Positions 1 to 14,697 of a stretch of 64,000 bases of DNA are shown piece after piece (position 1 is the stretch's first letter; every line of letters begins with the position of its first letter). The DNA is taken from contig OZ024744.1 of the NCBI GenBank assembly GCA_964016885.1, positions 111,600,001 through 111,664,000 of the forward strand, given 5' to 3'. The notes under the pieces were generated by a model, which saw nothing but the letters and a program-made list of their open reading frames with translations, was not told the DNA's origin and searched no databases. The position numbers and the translations under genes were made by a program. The DNA comes from Eledone cirrhosa (Eukaryota).

Positions 1-223
1 CTTAGCTAGGATCTCCCAGTGTAAATTATATTGGGTGTTGTTGTCTTTTAGATTCCAGATATAAGCTGAAAGTAACGTCATATTACTTCTTAAAGGGTTA
101 AGAAAAGAATGGGTATGCATGTAAAGACGCTGCTTGAATCTATTGGCGGTTAACCCTGTGTAGGCCCTACGGGACGTGGGTGTTTCAATCTTACATTTGT
201 AGACAATGTTACTAGAGAGGCAT
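1..223 (-). mobile_element. Inverted fragment of the Naiad-type PLE (family A) GIY-YIG region
   Basis: Reverse complement matches the endonuclease region at ~13107-13330. It is joined via a short filler (224-238) to the plus-strand 3' end of the same family. Confidence 0.85.
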
Positions 224-1049
224 GTTACTAAAATGTTACTGTATTACAGCCCCACATTATACCCTAACGGATAGTACAAACTATATGAGGATATTTTACG
301 TCTTGATGTGGTAACTAAGTATATGTTATGTTTATACCATTACTTATTTGTATAGGTAAGTATATTTTACCTGTATGTTTTGTGAATCTACGTATACTTT
401 CTCGTACGTATATTTGCTTGTATATGTTATGGCGTATATATTATATATACTGGTACATGTGCATATGGTTAGGCGTATGCGTGAGTTTTGCGTCTGTGTG
501 AGTATGCGGGTTCGTACGTATGTAGGGTGTGTGTATATGTTTACTTTGTGTTTTGGTTGACGTACGCCTGCGTACATATGTGTATTTACAGGTGGTATGT
601 GTGTGAGCGCGTTTATACGTATTTATGTGTGTATATTTCTATACGTTTATATAATTATATGTATACACTCACACACACATATATATATATTTTTTTATAT
701 ATATTTTTATGTGTATTTGGTGTATACGTTCGTATGCGTGCGGGTACAGGCGTTGCGTGGGGTCTGTATGTGCGTCCGTGTCTTTTTTTGTGTACGTGCT
801 TGTATTGGCATACCCATTGCGGGTGTTTTCGCGTATGCTTGTGTATGTACGTATATGGTTGCGTGCATGTATATATTTAATTTCAATTACCTCTGTAATT
901 TATTTACTTTGTTCTTAACTCTGAAGCCAGGAATCATTCGGTTTCCTAATAGAATGTTAGTCTACGACTAACCATATACGTGGTTTTGTCTTTGCGTGTA
1001 ATTGTTCTCACCGTTCCACATAATGACGTATTATCTTTGTCTTTATCCG

Positions 1050-1147
1050 CCGAGGTTAACTTTGCATTTCATCCTTACGGGGTCGATAAAATAAAGTACT
1101 AGTAATGTACAGGATAATTGGTGGCCTTGTGCCAAAAGTAGAAACAA
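1050..1147 (+). mobile_element. 5'-truncated tRNA-derived SINE with ~20-bp TSD
   Basis: SINE core and tail, flanked by ATTATCTTTRTCTTTATCCG on both sides. Confidence 0.85.
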
Positions 1148-1260
1148 TTATCTTTATCTTTATCCGTTCTTTGCCAGCGAACGTTTCCACGAACCAAAGT
1201 ATCGTCTTCCTGTCTTCCTTCGGTTGCAACGTTTTTTGAAATATTCACTTCTGCGTTCAA

Positions 1261-1332
1261 AGATTGATTTTTTTAGTTTCAGAAGATCCCGTTAAGGGTG
1301 AAAGCAGTAATTCTTTGCTTAAACTTTAATCT
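1261..1332 (+). ncRNA. Variant type I hammerhead (CAGAAGA core), PLE family A
   Basis: AGTTT-CAGAAGA-tCCC gttaa GGGt-GAAA-GCA..TGC-TT|AAACT. Other copies at 10517-10588(-), 12069-12142(-), 15356-15429(+) and 15800-15873(-). Confidence 0.7.
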
Positions 1333-1432
1333 ATTATTTTAATAAATATTTGCTCTACGGTTCTTATATATTTGATATATATTTATCCTTATCGAGCCTT
1401 CTTTGGATTTTAGTCTTCAAATTTATTATTAT

Positions 1433-1482
<50 letters not shown>

Positions 1483-1606
1483 ATACTTTGGGAGGGTCAT
1501 GTTGCCAATAAGAAACACACGCACAGGGTTGCTTTCACTTCAATTTATTATAAATTTCCGGTTGGTTGGTTGGTTGGTTCCACAATTAGACGATTGTTCA
1601 TATATT

Positions 1607-1649
1607 GTCAAAGTTCTTTCGTCACACATTCTGTGACCTCTTCAGTGAC
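1607..1649 (-). ncRNA. Minimal type I hammerhead, PLE family C
   Basis: GTCA-CTGAAGA-g-GTCACA gaatg TGTGAC-GAAA-G aa C-TT|TGAC. Confidence 0.75.
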
Positions 1650-2912
1650 TGGGGATTATTTTCTTTGTTTTTGTGCCTCTCCTTTGTTCTGTCCTACGCC
1701 ATCTTGTTTCTGTGTGTGTTGTATGCTTAGTTTGCGCATGTTACATCCAGGTGTCTGTGTGTGTTTATATTTGTTTATTTATTTGTTCTATGTATGTGTG
1801 TGTTTTCATTTTGTCCTTAATTGTAAGTTGTGATGTTGCTGTTCCATTCATGTTTTCTATTTAATTTTGGTTGTAATTCTTTTATGTTTATTGTCTCTGT
1901 GATTTGTCTAAACATTGCGTCTTTTCTGTGTGTAGATTCTATTTTTATTTCTATGTTCTCTAATTTACCCTTATGTTCTATTTTAACATGTTGGTGGAGT
2001 ACAGATGATTCTTTACTATCTTGAAGTTCTCGCCAGTGTTCATTTATCCGTTCCCCTATACAACGAGCTGTCTCACCTATGTACACTATATTCTTATCTC
2101 TACATTGTCCTTCAGTACATCTTATGCTATATACTACATTTCTAGTTTTACAGTTAATATAGGGGCTTAATTTACAGATTATACTTTTCTTATCTATACA
2201 GGGAGGTCTTTGAAAAGGGTATGTATTGCTAATAAGTGTTTTTATGGAGGTACCTGGTCTTTCTACTATCTTAATATTGAGTTTATGTTTATCTAGGGCC
2301 CTTCTAAATTTGTAAGCTAATTCACCTCTAAATTTGTAAGCCCTTCTAAATTTGTAAGCTAATTCACCACTAGAGAACAGTCAGGAATTAGAGAAAAATA
2401 CCATGGAAAGCATCCAGCAAATAGCTAACTCCATCCACCAGAGTATTAGAGTTACTATAGACAAACACCCCAACCATCGATTACCTGTACTAGACACAGA
2501 GCTCTGGTTAGATACCATTAATAACAAAAAAACAAATCCTCCATTCCCATTATGCCAAACCCATGACTTCCAAATATCTGATCCACCGAAACTCAGCTGT
2601 TTCGGACCATACCAAAATCAACATACTGATTGCGGATTTGGTACGGGTGATGAGAAACGTGTCCCGCATGTGCAACCCCAAAGAACTAGAAAGACACATA
2701 CAACACTTCATCCACCGTATGCAGTTCTCTGGTTACAATCAGCTTACAAATTTAAATAAACAAATGTAAATAAACAAATAAATAAACAAATATAAACACA
2801 CACAGACACCTGGATGTAACACATGCGCAAACTAAGTACACAACACACACAAAAACAAGATGGCGTAGGACAGGATAAAGGAGAGGCACAAAAATAAAGA
2901 AAAGAATCCCCA

Positions 2913-2955
2913 GTCACTGAAGAGATCACAGAATGTGTGACGAAAGAACTTTGAC
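2913..2955 (+). ncRNA. Minimal type I hammerhead, PLE family C (mirror copy)
   Basis: Same motif as 1607-1649, with one stem II substitution. Confidence 0.7.
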
Positions 2956-3167
2956 AATATATGAACAATCGTCTGGTTGTGGAACCAACCAACCAACCGG
3001 AAATTTATAAATTCCTAAATTTATAAATTTATAATAAATTGAAGTGAAAGCAATTGATTCGTGTGTTTCTTATTGGCAACATGACCCTCCCAAAGTATAA
3101 CAATATCGGTTTCAACACACGTTTTCAGATAAAGAATTTTACTAAAAAAATTCAGAAACGAAATATA

Positions 3168-3543
<376 letters not shown>

Positions 3544-3617
3544 ATCATACTCTGCTCTGTAAGAGCATAGAGTGCTCAACCGGCATACCGCCTATGGAAG
3601 CATCTTAGCTACCATCA

Positions 3618-3702
<85 letters not shown>

Positions 3703-4212
3703 GTTTATATATATATAAATATATACAGGTAAATATTTCATTCATTTATTTTGTTTGACTCGTTTAGCTTGCTTCGTTTTTTGGGGGGTTTAGGTGGTTG
3801 ATAGCTTCTTAAGCGCCGTCTCGGTTTGTATGGCCTTTATAACATATGTTTATTGCTCTGGTCTCTTTTGGTCCATGGAGCGCTTGCCAACACAAATCGG
3901 AAATTGCGTTTCGCTTATTTCTACCCGCCGAAATACGATTCTCGCTGAATTTATATTTGTTTTAATCTCCCGAGTCTAACAATTAACGAAGTAATTTTTT
4001 TTTGATTTTCTTTTTTTTTTTTTTTTTAGATAATTCTATTGACTGATTAATTGCTTAAGTTTATTTAAAAACTACTCGGTCGAGAGCTTAATTCGATTTG
4101 TGCTGTTTTTGCAATTTTTGCATCGATTACACATACTGAATTCATTTGCCAAAATTTTGGGTTTTCTTCCCTGCTGATTTTATTTTTATATGTATGTATA
4201 TATATATATATA

Positions 4213-5196
4213 TCAACTACTACATAATGCTGTAACTAAGGATTACCGTAAAACTAATCGGTGCGTCATCAATGAAATCAACGATGCTGGGTTTAAAATC
4301 ACATCTGATCTCAACATCCTGGACCGGACCGAACCTCTGGACCCTATTTCTCCCCACTTTACCCTGAAGGATCACAAATCCAATTTTCCGAACAACCCCT
4401 CTATTCGGCTTATTAACCCTACAAAGTCCGATTTAGGTAGACTTAGTAAAACGATTCTTGATAGAATTATACCTGAAATTAGAAGTTTGGCCCCTCTTGC
4501 ACTGTGGGACAATTCTTTCGCGGTGATTGATTGGTTCGACGGCATATGTAACAAGGAATATTGCCGTTTTATCCAATTCGACATCAACAATTACTACTCC
4601 TCCATCACTTTACCACTTCTCCTTAGAGCTATCAATTTCGCTAAAACACTCACAGTGTTTAAAGATTTCGAAGTTGATGTCATCCTCAATGCCCGTAACT
4701 CGGTGATTAATTTCGACGACTCTATTTGGATTAAAAAATCCAATAGTACCCCATTCGACGTGAGTATGGGCGCCAGTGATTCTGCGGAGGTTACTGATCT
4801 TATCGGTATTTTCCTTCTTTTCTCTATCAAGGACGAATTCCCCAGCGCGGGCGGTGGTTTGTACTGTGACGATGGACCACTTGCTTGCGACAGGTTCAGA
4901 AAAGAACTCACAGCCTTCTTTAAAGGCTTCAACCTCTCTATACAGGTTGAGGCTAATCTCTCGGTCGTTAATTACCTCGACGTTACCCTCAATTTATTGA
5001 ATGGGTTGTATTACCCGCATAGAAAGCCGAATGATACGCTTAACTACATAAGTAAGCATTCCAACCATCCTGCCAGCATAACCAAGAACCTGGTAAGAAA
5101 CGTTTCGTTGAGGCTTTCCCGTCTTTCCACCAACGAGCGTATTTTCAACGACCATTCCACTTATTACAATGAAACTCTTGCTCGAAGTGGATTTGT

Positions 5197-5198
<2 letters not shown>
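4213..5198 (+). pseudogene. Reverse transcriptase fragment of Naiad-type PLE family A
   Basis: TLKDHKSNFPNNPSIRLINPTKS, FIQFDINNYYSSI, FDVSMGASDSAEV, GLYCDDG (LYRDDG in the 12320 copy), VNYLDVTLNL. Both ends abut (TA)n. Confidence 0.9.
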
Positions 5199-5227
<29 letters not shown>

Positions 5228-5232
<5 letters not shown>

Positions 5233-5645
5233 TAAAATGTGGAGAAGGAACACACGAATTGGAATATATATATATGTAAATAGGGAGAAAAAACGATTAT
5301 TAGGAAGAAAAAAATGTTTTTTTCCCTTTATTTATTTCTCTTTTTTCTTGGTTAGAAAATGTTTAAAACAAAATATTTTACTTTGGGTGAAGTGTTAAGG
5401 TATTATTTTATTTGTTTATTAAATAACAATAGCATTAAATAAATGGTATTGTTAATTAATAAATAAACTAACTAATACCTTAACACTTCACACAAAGTAA
5501 AATATTTTGTTTTAAACATTTTCTAACCCAGAAAAAAGAGAAAAAAATAGAGGAAAAAAAATATTTTTTTCTTCCTAATAATCGTTTTTTCTCCCTATTT
5601 ACATATATATATATTCCAATTCGTGTGTTCCTTCTCCACATTTTA

Positions 5646-5650
<5 letters not shown>
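5228..5650. repeat. Long fold-back palindrome within (TA)n
   Basis: Arms of ~205 bp with scattered mismatches, centred near 5438. Confidence 0.9.
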
Positions 5651-5738
<88 letters not shown>

Positions 5739-5883
5739 AGGAGGTTATAGTTCACTTGAAGCATTGTGTAATGAGGTATAAACGTTTGAATATGTATAAT
5801 AAAGCCAAAACAATGCAGGTATGGACATAGAAAAAGAATGCAATTGCAAAAGATATTATTGACAATTCGTCTTTTACCTTAGA

Positions 5884-5939
5884 TTTATTTAAATGTCCTT
5901 AATTTTCGAGATAATATCTCTTCTTCAGAGGGAAATAAA
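5884..5939 (-). ncRNA. Minimal hammerhead lacking loop III, family B 3' pLTR
   Basis: TTTATTT.CCT-CTGAAGA-a-GAGAT att ATCTC-GAAA-ATTA|AGG..AAATAAA, with palindromic AATT in place of helix III. Confidence 0.7.
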
Positions 5940-6373
5940 GGTCTCAAACCAGCGTTCTAAATATCTTGCCAAGCCATGCTGACAGGAAATAGTATAGAGT
6001 ATCTGTTCTATCTCTAATGTCAAAGAGTTAAAATTAGGTGGATAAAGAGTAGTCTCCCTTTAAAAGGGGTTAGTTTAGGTTTTTTTTTTATATATACATG
6101 CCTGTTTAAGTGTGTGGGAGAATGCATGAAGGTGTAAGTATGTGAGTGTGTGTGTGTGAGTGTGAGAAGATAAGTCTATTCGTAAATGTGGGGGATAGGT
6201 GTTATCTGGTGTTAGAACTGGTTTTGTGTGTGTATGTGTGAGAGAGAATAAGTGGAGGTGTAAGCGTGTGTGCGTGGGGTGTGTGTAAATATGGGGCTAG
6301 AAGCCCTATCAGGTTATAAATTGGGTGTTGAGTTCTAGTCTATTATTGATTGGTGGTTGTGTTTTATCTATAA

Positions 6374-6950
6374 CTAGCAGTAAAGCCCGGCGTTGCTCGG
6401 GGTCGCTCAGTAGCTGTGTTAAAGTTACAATGTTAAGTTTCTTTTTTGGCTTAAAGTCTGTCTGCACGACTGTCTGTCTACAGAACGTAAGACGCTCAAT
6501 GTAAACAGAACAAAGGGAAATAACTCGTCACTTACGCTCAAAAATCGATACATTAGATTCGATTTCGTCACATAGGGTGGGTCAATTTGAAATATTTTTT
6601 TCCGATGTCTTCGCTAGGGCTCAATGTACAAGTATAGCAATTTCGGTGCAATTCCGTCAGAGATTCTAAGAGGAGATGTGTGCCAAAAATCGATAGACAG
6701 ACAGACAACCACAGCTTTATATATATAGAACAAAGGGAAATAACTCGTCACTTACGCTCAAAAATCGATACATTAGATTCGATTTCGTCACATAGGGTGG
6801 GTTAATTTGAAATATTTTTTTCCCGATGTCTTCGCTAGGGCTCAATGTACAAGTATAGCAATTTCAGTGCAATTCCGTCAGAGATTCTAAGAGGAGATGT
6901 GTGCCAAAAATCGATAGACAGACAGACAACCACAGCTTTATATATATAGA
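6374..6950 (-). mobile_element. Non-autonomous Helitron with duplicated 5' end
   Basis: Minus strand begins TCTATATATATAAA and ends with hairpin CCCGAGCAACGCCGGG followed by CTAG. Inserted between A and T without a TSD (empty site ATCTATAA|TTAGTGC at 10071-10085). ~220-bp tandem duplication 6510-6729 / 6730-6950. Confidence 0.92.
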
Positions 6951-9572
6951 TTAGTGCTTCCTTAATTCTAAGATTGCCGAGGTTTCTTTCCTTAGTTTCT
7001 ATCCTAACTGTTATGGTTTTGTCGGTATTTTTGCATTTAACTAGGTGTTTCTTAAATGAGGAAGCGTTAGTATTGAGGTGTTATTTTATTCTTATGTGGA
7101 GTGATCTGGTGGTGCTACCTACGTAGAAGTTGTTGCATTTGTCACACTCTAGTCTGTATACGACGTAAGCCTGGTGGCATAGGTCTGTGTCGTTGATGGG
7201 GCAGTTGGCTAGTCTGCAGCAGTTGTCATGTCTGGTGGAGTGTCTTTTGGTTAGCTGTCCGCGTAGAGAAGGACCTGAGTGGGCCAGTTGGATATCTAGT
7301 CCCTCTCGTCTGATGGCTCTGCGGATGGCTGTTGTTGTTTCTTCACTGAAGTGTAGGAGCTTCAGGAAGCAAGTGTTAGTGCCTCGGGTGTGGTGTCCTC
7401 TGTTCTTTCTGGCACGGTTTGTGGTGGATGTCGTGTATCCGTTCAGTTTGAGTACTTCCAGGAAATGTGTGGTGTGTGTGTCTCGGTCTCTAGCGTCGGT
7501 GCATTTGTTCCGGATACGTGCCAGTTCGTTCCTTATGTATCCGAACTTGGCACCGAGTGGGAGGGCCGATCTGAAATGTACGAACAGGTCCCTGCTGGCG
7601 GCTTTTTTATAGAAGCAGGTGTGGATGTTGCCTTCCTCTGTTACCCTGAGTTGGAAGTCCAGTAGGGATAGGGATCCGCGGTCATCGGGGTGTTCCATGC
7701 TGAACTTTATTCTGGCGTCCACGCTGGAGAATGTTGTGTATATTTTATCTGCCTCCTCACAGGATGATGTAAGGATGAGTATGTCATCTACATATCGGGT
7801 GAAGAAGGTATGGGAATGGCAGGTGTTGAGGTCTCCGCATTCTAGCTGGTTCATATAGGTGATGGCCAGCAGGCCCGATAGGCTGGATTCCATGGGTAAT
7901 CCTGTTGTCTGTCTGTATGTGTGGTGGTGGAAGGTGAAGTACGTGTTGTCTACTGTGAAGGACAAAAGCTGGTGTATGTCCGTCGGGTGGAGGCCGTAGC
8001 AGTGGATGTCCTCTGCGACCATGCAGTCCGTCAATAAATCGACAGCTGGATGAGCGGGGACAGTAGTGTAGAGGGAGACAACGTCTAGGCTAAAAGCGTA
8101 TTTATTTAGTTTAAGTTGTTCTGGCTGGAGTTGGTGTAGTCTACGTATAACTTCGTCGGAGCTACTGACATGCCCGGGAAAGGTGGAGAGTAGAGGCTTG
8201 AGGACTTGGGAGAGGAGCAGGAAATTTTGTATAGGGGTCCTATGCTAGAGACGATGGGTCTTATTTGCGTCTTAGTACTATTCTTGTGGGTCTTGATGAG
8301 GTGGTAGAAAGTGGGCAGTCTGCTATTTCTAGTGGTGTAGTTGAGCTTAACTTTATTTGGGAGTTGTCTTCTCCTACAGATATCGAACCAGATGGAGTTG
8401 GTCTGTTTTTCGATCTGGGCTGCAGTCATGTCCGGGATCTCTGTGTATAATTCACTGTCGCTTAGGTGTTCAAAGGCTAGGTTATTGTAAGTGGCTTGAG
8501 AGATGACGCAAAACTCTTTACCTTTGTCGGATGGTAAGTATATAAGTTCCCTATTTCGTAGGTTCTTCAGGGCGAGTTGTTGTGTCCTGGAGAGGTTATG
8601 GGGCCATCTTCTTCTGTTTTCGTAAGATGTTAAATACGGAATGTTTTAGTCTCGAGAGTTTTTCTTTAAGCTCGCGGTTGGCAGGCGGTGGATAGAGTGG
8701 GCGATCTAGTTGGTATATCGGGAATCTGGGTTTGATGGATTCCGTGGTGTTGTCGAGAGTCGATATCCATTTCAGTTGGTAGGCAGCCCGACAGAAATTC
8801 GTTTCTATGTCGAGCCATAGTTTGTCGTCCAGTCTCTGTTTCAATATGAACTTGGGACCCAGGCTGAGGAGGTCTAATTCCTCTCTAATTCCAAGTCTGT
8901 GACGAGTTGTTTTGCGTCAGGTGTGTTGTTGGTCGGGGCGCCGCTAGGTTCGGTGTTGGTACCGTCTTGTTCGCCTCTGTTGGTGTTTAGAGTTGGGATG
9001 TTGTTAAGACAGTTGGCCGTCCAGAGTTTGAGAAATTTTTGCGTTAAACGTATTTTCTCGTAGTCTCGGCGATGATGGTATGACCTGTCTATAATGGCGG
9101 CGATGACTCTGGACAGAGGTTCTGGGGTTTCAGCGAGTTGTGGTACAAGGCTGGAAATAGTCCGTATGTGATGTTGTAGTGTGCGGTGTAGGTGTTGTAT
9201 GAGTTTTCTTAGGCAGAATTTTTGTATGTAACTAAGTGATCGTTTGAGGCCTGGTTTTTTGAAGCATGTTGGTAGGTGCAAATTTTTGATAGTTTTGGGG
9301 ATGATGTTGTTAATCAGGCATCGTTTTAGGAAGTTTATTTGGCAGCCGGCTTTGGCGCGCTTTTCAGATAGCTGGAAGAGTTTCTTTACAGTTGTGAACT
9401 GGGCCTGGCTCAGGCGTAAGGAAAGGAGGAGGTTATAGTTCACCTGAAGCATTGTGTAATGAGGTATAAACGTTTGAATATGTATAATAAAGCCAAAACA
9501 ATGCAGGTATGGACATAGAAAAAAGAATGCAATTGCAAAAGATATTGTTGACAAATCGTCTTTTACCTTAGA

Positions 9573-9628
9573 TTTATTTAAATGTCCTTAATTTTCGAGA
9601 TAATATCTCTTCTTCAGAGGGAAATAAA
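9573..9628 (-). ncRNA. Minimal hammerhead, family B 5' pLTR
   Basis: Identical to 5884-5939. Confidence 0.7.
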
Positions 9629-10217
9629 GGTCTCAAACCAGCGTTCTAAATATCTTGCCAAGCCATGCTGACAGGAAATAGTATAGAGTATCTGTTCTAT
9701 CTCTAATGTCAAAGAGTTAAAATTAGGTGGATAAAGAGTAGTCTCCCTTTAAAAGGGGTTAGTTTAGGGTTTTTTTTTAATATATACATGCCTGTTTAAG
9801 TGTGTGGGAGAATGCATGAAGGTGTAAGTATGTGAGTGTGTGTGTGTGAGTGTGAGAAGATAAGTCTATTCGTAAATGTGGGGGATAGGTGTTATCTGGT
9901 GTTAGAACTGGTTTTGTGTGTGTATGTGTGAGAGAGAATAAGTGGAGGTGTAAGCGTGTGTGTTTGTGCGTGCGTGTGTGTGTGGGGGGGTAAATATGGG
10001 GCTAGTAGCCCTATCAGGTTATAAATTGGGTGTTGAGTTCTAGTCTATTATTGATTGGTGGTTGTGTTTTATCTATAATTAGTGCTTCCTTAATTCTAAG
10101 ATTGCCGAGGTTTCTTTCCTTAGTTTCTATCCTAACTGTTATGGTTTTGTCGGTGTTTTTGCATTTAACTAGGTGTTTCTTAAATGAGGAAGCGTTAGAT
10201 TGAGGTGTTCTTTTATT

Positions 10218-10286
<69 letters not shown>

Positions 10287-10314
10287 AATGTGTGAGATCC
10301 TTGGTACAGTTAGG

Positions 10315-10490
10315 TATATTTGAAAAAAGGAAAAGAATGACTTCACTTGTAATGTTAAAAACTTTACATTTAATTTTATAATATTATAATATTATGAGTT
10401 GGTAGCATAATATTATAATATTATAAAATTAAATCAAAAATGTTTTAAAACTACAAGTGAAGTCGTTCTTTTCCTTCTTTTCAAATATAT
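10315..10490. repeat. Fold-back repeat (family also at 29215-29310 and 35308-35950)
   Basis: Inverted arms TATATTTGAAAA..AAAAGAATGACTTCACTTGTA / TACAAGTGAAGTCGTTCTTTT..TTCAAATATA. Confidence 0.8.
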
Positions 10491-10502
10491 ATATATATAT
10501 AT

Positions 10503-11160
10503 ATTTATTAAAATAACAGATTAAAGTTTAAGCAAAGAATCGCTGCTTTCACCCTTAACGGGATCTTCTGAAACTAACAAAGTCAATCCAGACAAAACCA
10601 CGTAAATGTTATAGCAGAAGTCGTAGACTAAAATTCTAACTAGGAGACCGAATGAATCTCCGCTACAGAGTTAAGAACAAAGTAAATAAATACAATACAG
10701 AAGTAATAAATAAATACATACACGCAAACAAATACGTACATACACTAGCATACACAAAACTCTTACCATAGGAATACAAAACCACGCACATATAAATATG
10801 TCTGTGTGTGTATGCGTGTATACAAATAAATAAATAATTATATAAACGTATATAAATAAATAAATGCGTATATAACAAGCGCACACACATACCTACATGT
10901 AAATACACGGATGTTCGGAGACGTAAGTCAACCAAAACATGAAGTACACATATACACACACCTTACATACGTACGAACCTGCATACTCACACAGACGCAA
11001 AACTCCCGTATACACATAGCCAAACCATATGTACCAGAATATATAAAATTATGCGCCATAACATAAACAATCAAATATACGTACGAGAAAGTATACGTAC
11101 CTTCACAAAACATACAGGTAATATATACTTACCTATGCAAATAAGTAATGGTATGAATGG
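10503..11160 (-). mobile_element. PLE family A pLTR, inverted and internally deleted
   Basis: Reverse complement of the 13560-13930 and 14870-15445 sequences. Includes the hammerhead variant. Confidence 0.85.
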
Positions 11161-11174
11161 TATATATATATATA

Positions 11175-11312
<138 letters not shown>

Positions 11313-11481
11313 CACACACACGTATGTTTCTAACATAATACCGCAAACAGAGAAAGCTAATAGCGATACTCCGACCAACTTCCATCTCACTCAATTATAC
11401 GTTTGGGGTGCTAACTATATTGTATTATGTGGAAAGTCGGCTGTATTATTTTATATGAGACATAATTAAATAAATCTCACT

Positions 11482-11611
11482 TTCCATACGATCGTTTCGT
11501 TATAAGATTTCTACAAGGTGGGAGAAAAAAGTTCAAGTTATGTAGAAGCTTGCATATGATCAATAGATTTACTTGCAAGTGGGCTCGGATAACTCTTCAG
11601 TGGAATGCCCA
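11482..11611 (-). ncRNA. Type I hammerhead with expanded, branched stem II
   Basis: TTCCA-CTGAAGA-GTTAT..[two hairpins]..ATAAC-GAAA-C gatc G-TA|TGGAA. Homologous to 45407-45536. Confidence 0.8.
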
Positions 11612-11684
<73 letters not shown>

Positions 11685-11690
<6 letters not shown>

Positions 11691-11918
11691 AGAAATGTAC
11701 GCTATCGCCGTATTTTGACTAAAGAAATTAAAGAATTTAATTAGCCTGATAGTGGGGTTCAGAACCCTCGGATAAATGGAAAAAGATGAGTATTGACGTA
11801 TGTACCTCAATACTTATCTTTTTCCATTCCTCCGAGGGTTCTTAACCCCACTATCAGGCTAAATAATTTCTTTAATTTCTTTAGTCAAAATACGGCGATA
11901 GCGTACATTTCTAATAAT
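11685..11918. repeat. Fold-back palindrome between (TA)n tracts
   Basis: Arms of ~110 bp, centred near 11800. Confidence 0.9.
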
Positions 11919-11956
11919 TTCAAACCAACTCGCTGTTTCGAAAATATCCTTACTTG

Positions 11957-13930
<1,974 letters not shown>

Positions 13931-14046
13931 GTGCGTGGTGTGTGTGTATGTGTGTGTGTGTGTGTTTGTATCTGTGTGTGTGTCTGTGTGTGTCTGTGTG
14001 TCTGTGTGTGTGTGCGTGCGTGCGTGCGTGCGTGCGTGTGTGTGTG

Positions 14047-14158
<112 letters not shown>

Positions 14159-14301
14159 TGATGGTAGCTAAGATGCTTGCATAGGCGGTATGCCGGTTGA
14201 GCACTCTATACTCTTACAGAGCAGAGTATGATAGAATAGAAAACGAAAATCTAATTGTAACAATAAATTGAGTTCAGATGCATTACTGATTTTTCGTTTT
14301 C

Positions 14302-14403
<102 letters not shown>

Positions 14404-14408
14404 TGTAT

Positions 14409-14545
14409 ATAAAAGAAAAAGAAAAACGAACACAGATATATACATATATGTGTTCAAATCGCAAGGGACCAGATTCGTTAAGGTGAAAAGAATACTTTTC
14501 GATTTGAACATATATGTATATAGCTGTGTTCGTTTTCCTTTTATA
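14409..14545. repeat. Short fold-back inverted repeat
   Basis: GAAAAACGAACACAG..TGTTCAAATCG / CGATTTGAACA..CTGTGTTCGTTTTC. Confidence 0.8.
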
Positions 14546-14639
14546 TTCAATTATAATATATGGCTCGGAAATATCTCTTTCTTAGAGCTATTTTATTGTA
14601 AGAGACTATTTTGAGTTCCTAACTCAATATATACCTTTG

Positions 14640-14694
<55 letters not shown>

Positions 14695-14697
<3 letters not shown>

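Larger units (their letters stand above)
239..1435 (+). mobile_element. PLE family A 3' end / pLTR, ending in (TA)n
   Basis: Homologous to 13470-13930, 14780-15445 and 16495-17310. Contains the ORF stop (CCCTAACGGATAG), a TG-rich UTR, a hammerhead-like motif and AATAAA. Confidence 0.85.
1477..3145. mobile_element. PLE family C (Neptune/Nematis-like): rearranged copy with inverted pLTRs
   Basis: Minus-strand GIY-YIG (NVVYSIRC..YIGETARCIGERINEH..RQITE..LNRKHEWN, ~1817-2300) and plus-strand RT thumb (LPVLD..KPMTSK..MQFSGY, 2403-2745). 1477-1790 and 2760-3105 are inverted copies. Flanked by (TA)n. Confidence 0.85.
5736..10224 (-). mobile_element. Near full-length Penelope-like retroelement (family B) with tandem pLTRs
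   Basis: Disrupted ORF from ATG 9452 to TGA 6309: SDKG, FYHLIKTHK, IRPIVSS, SLDVVSLYTTVP, RYVDD, a Cys linker, and VVYRLECDKC..FYVGSTTR (GIY-YIG). 9425-10224 directly repeats 5736-7090 once the Helitron is removed. (TA)n on both sides. Confidence 0.93.
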
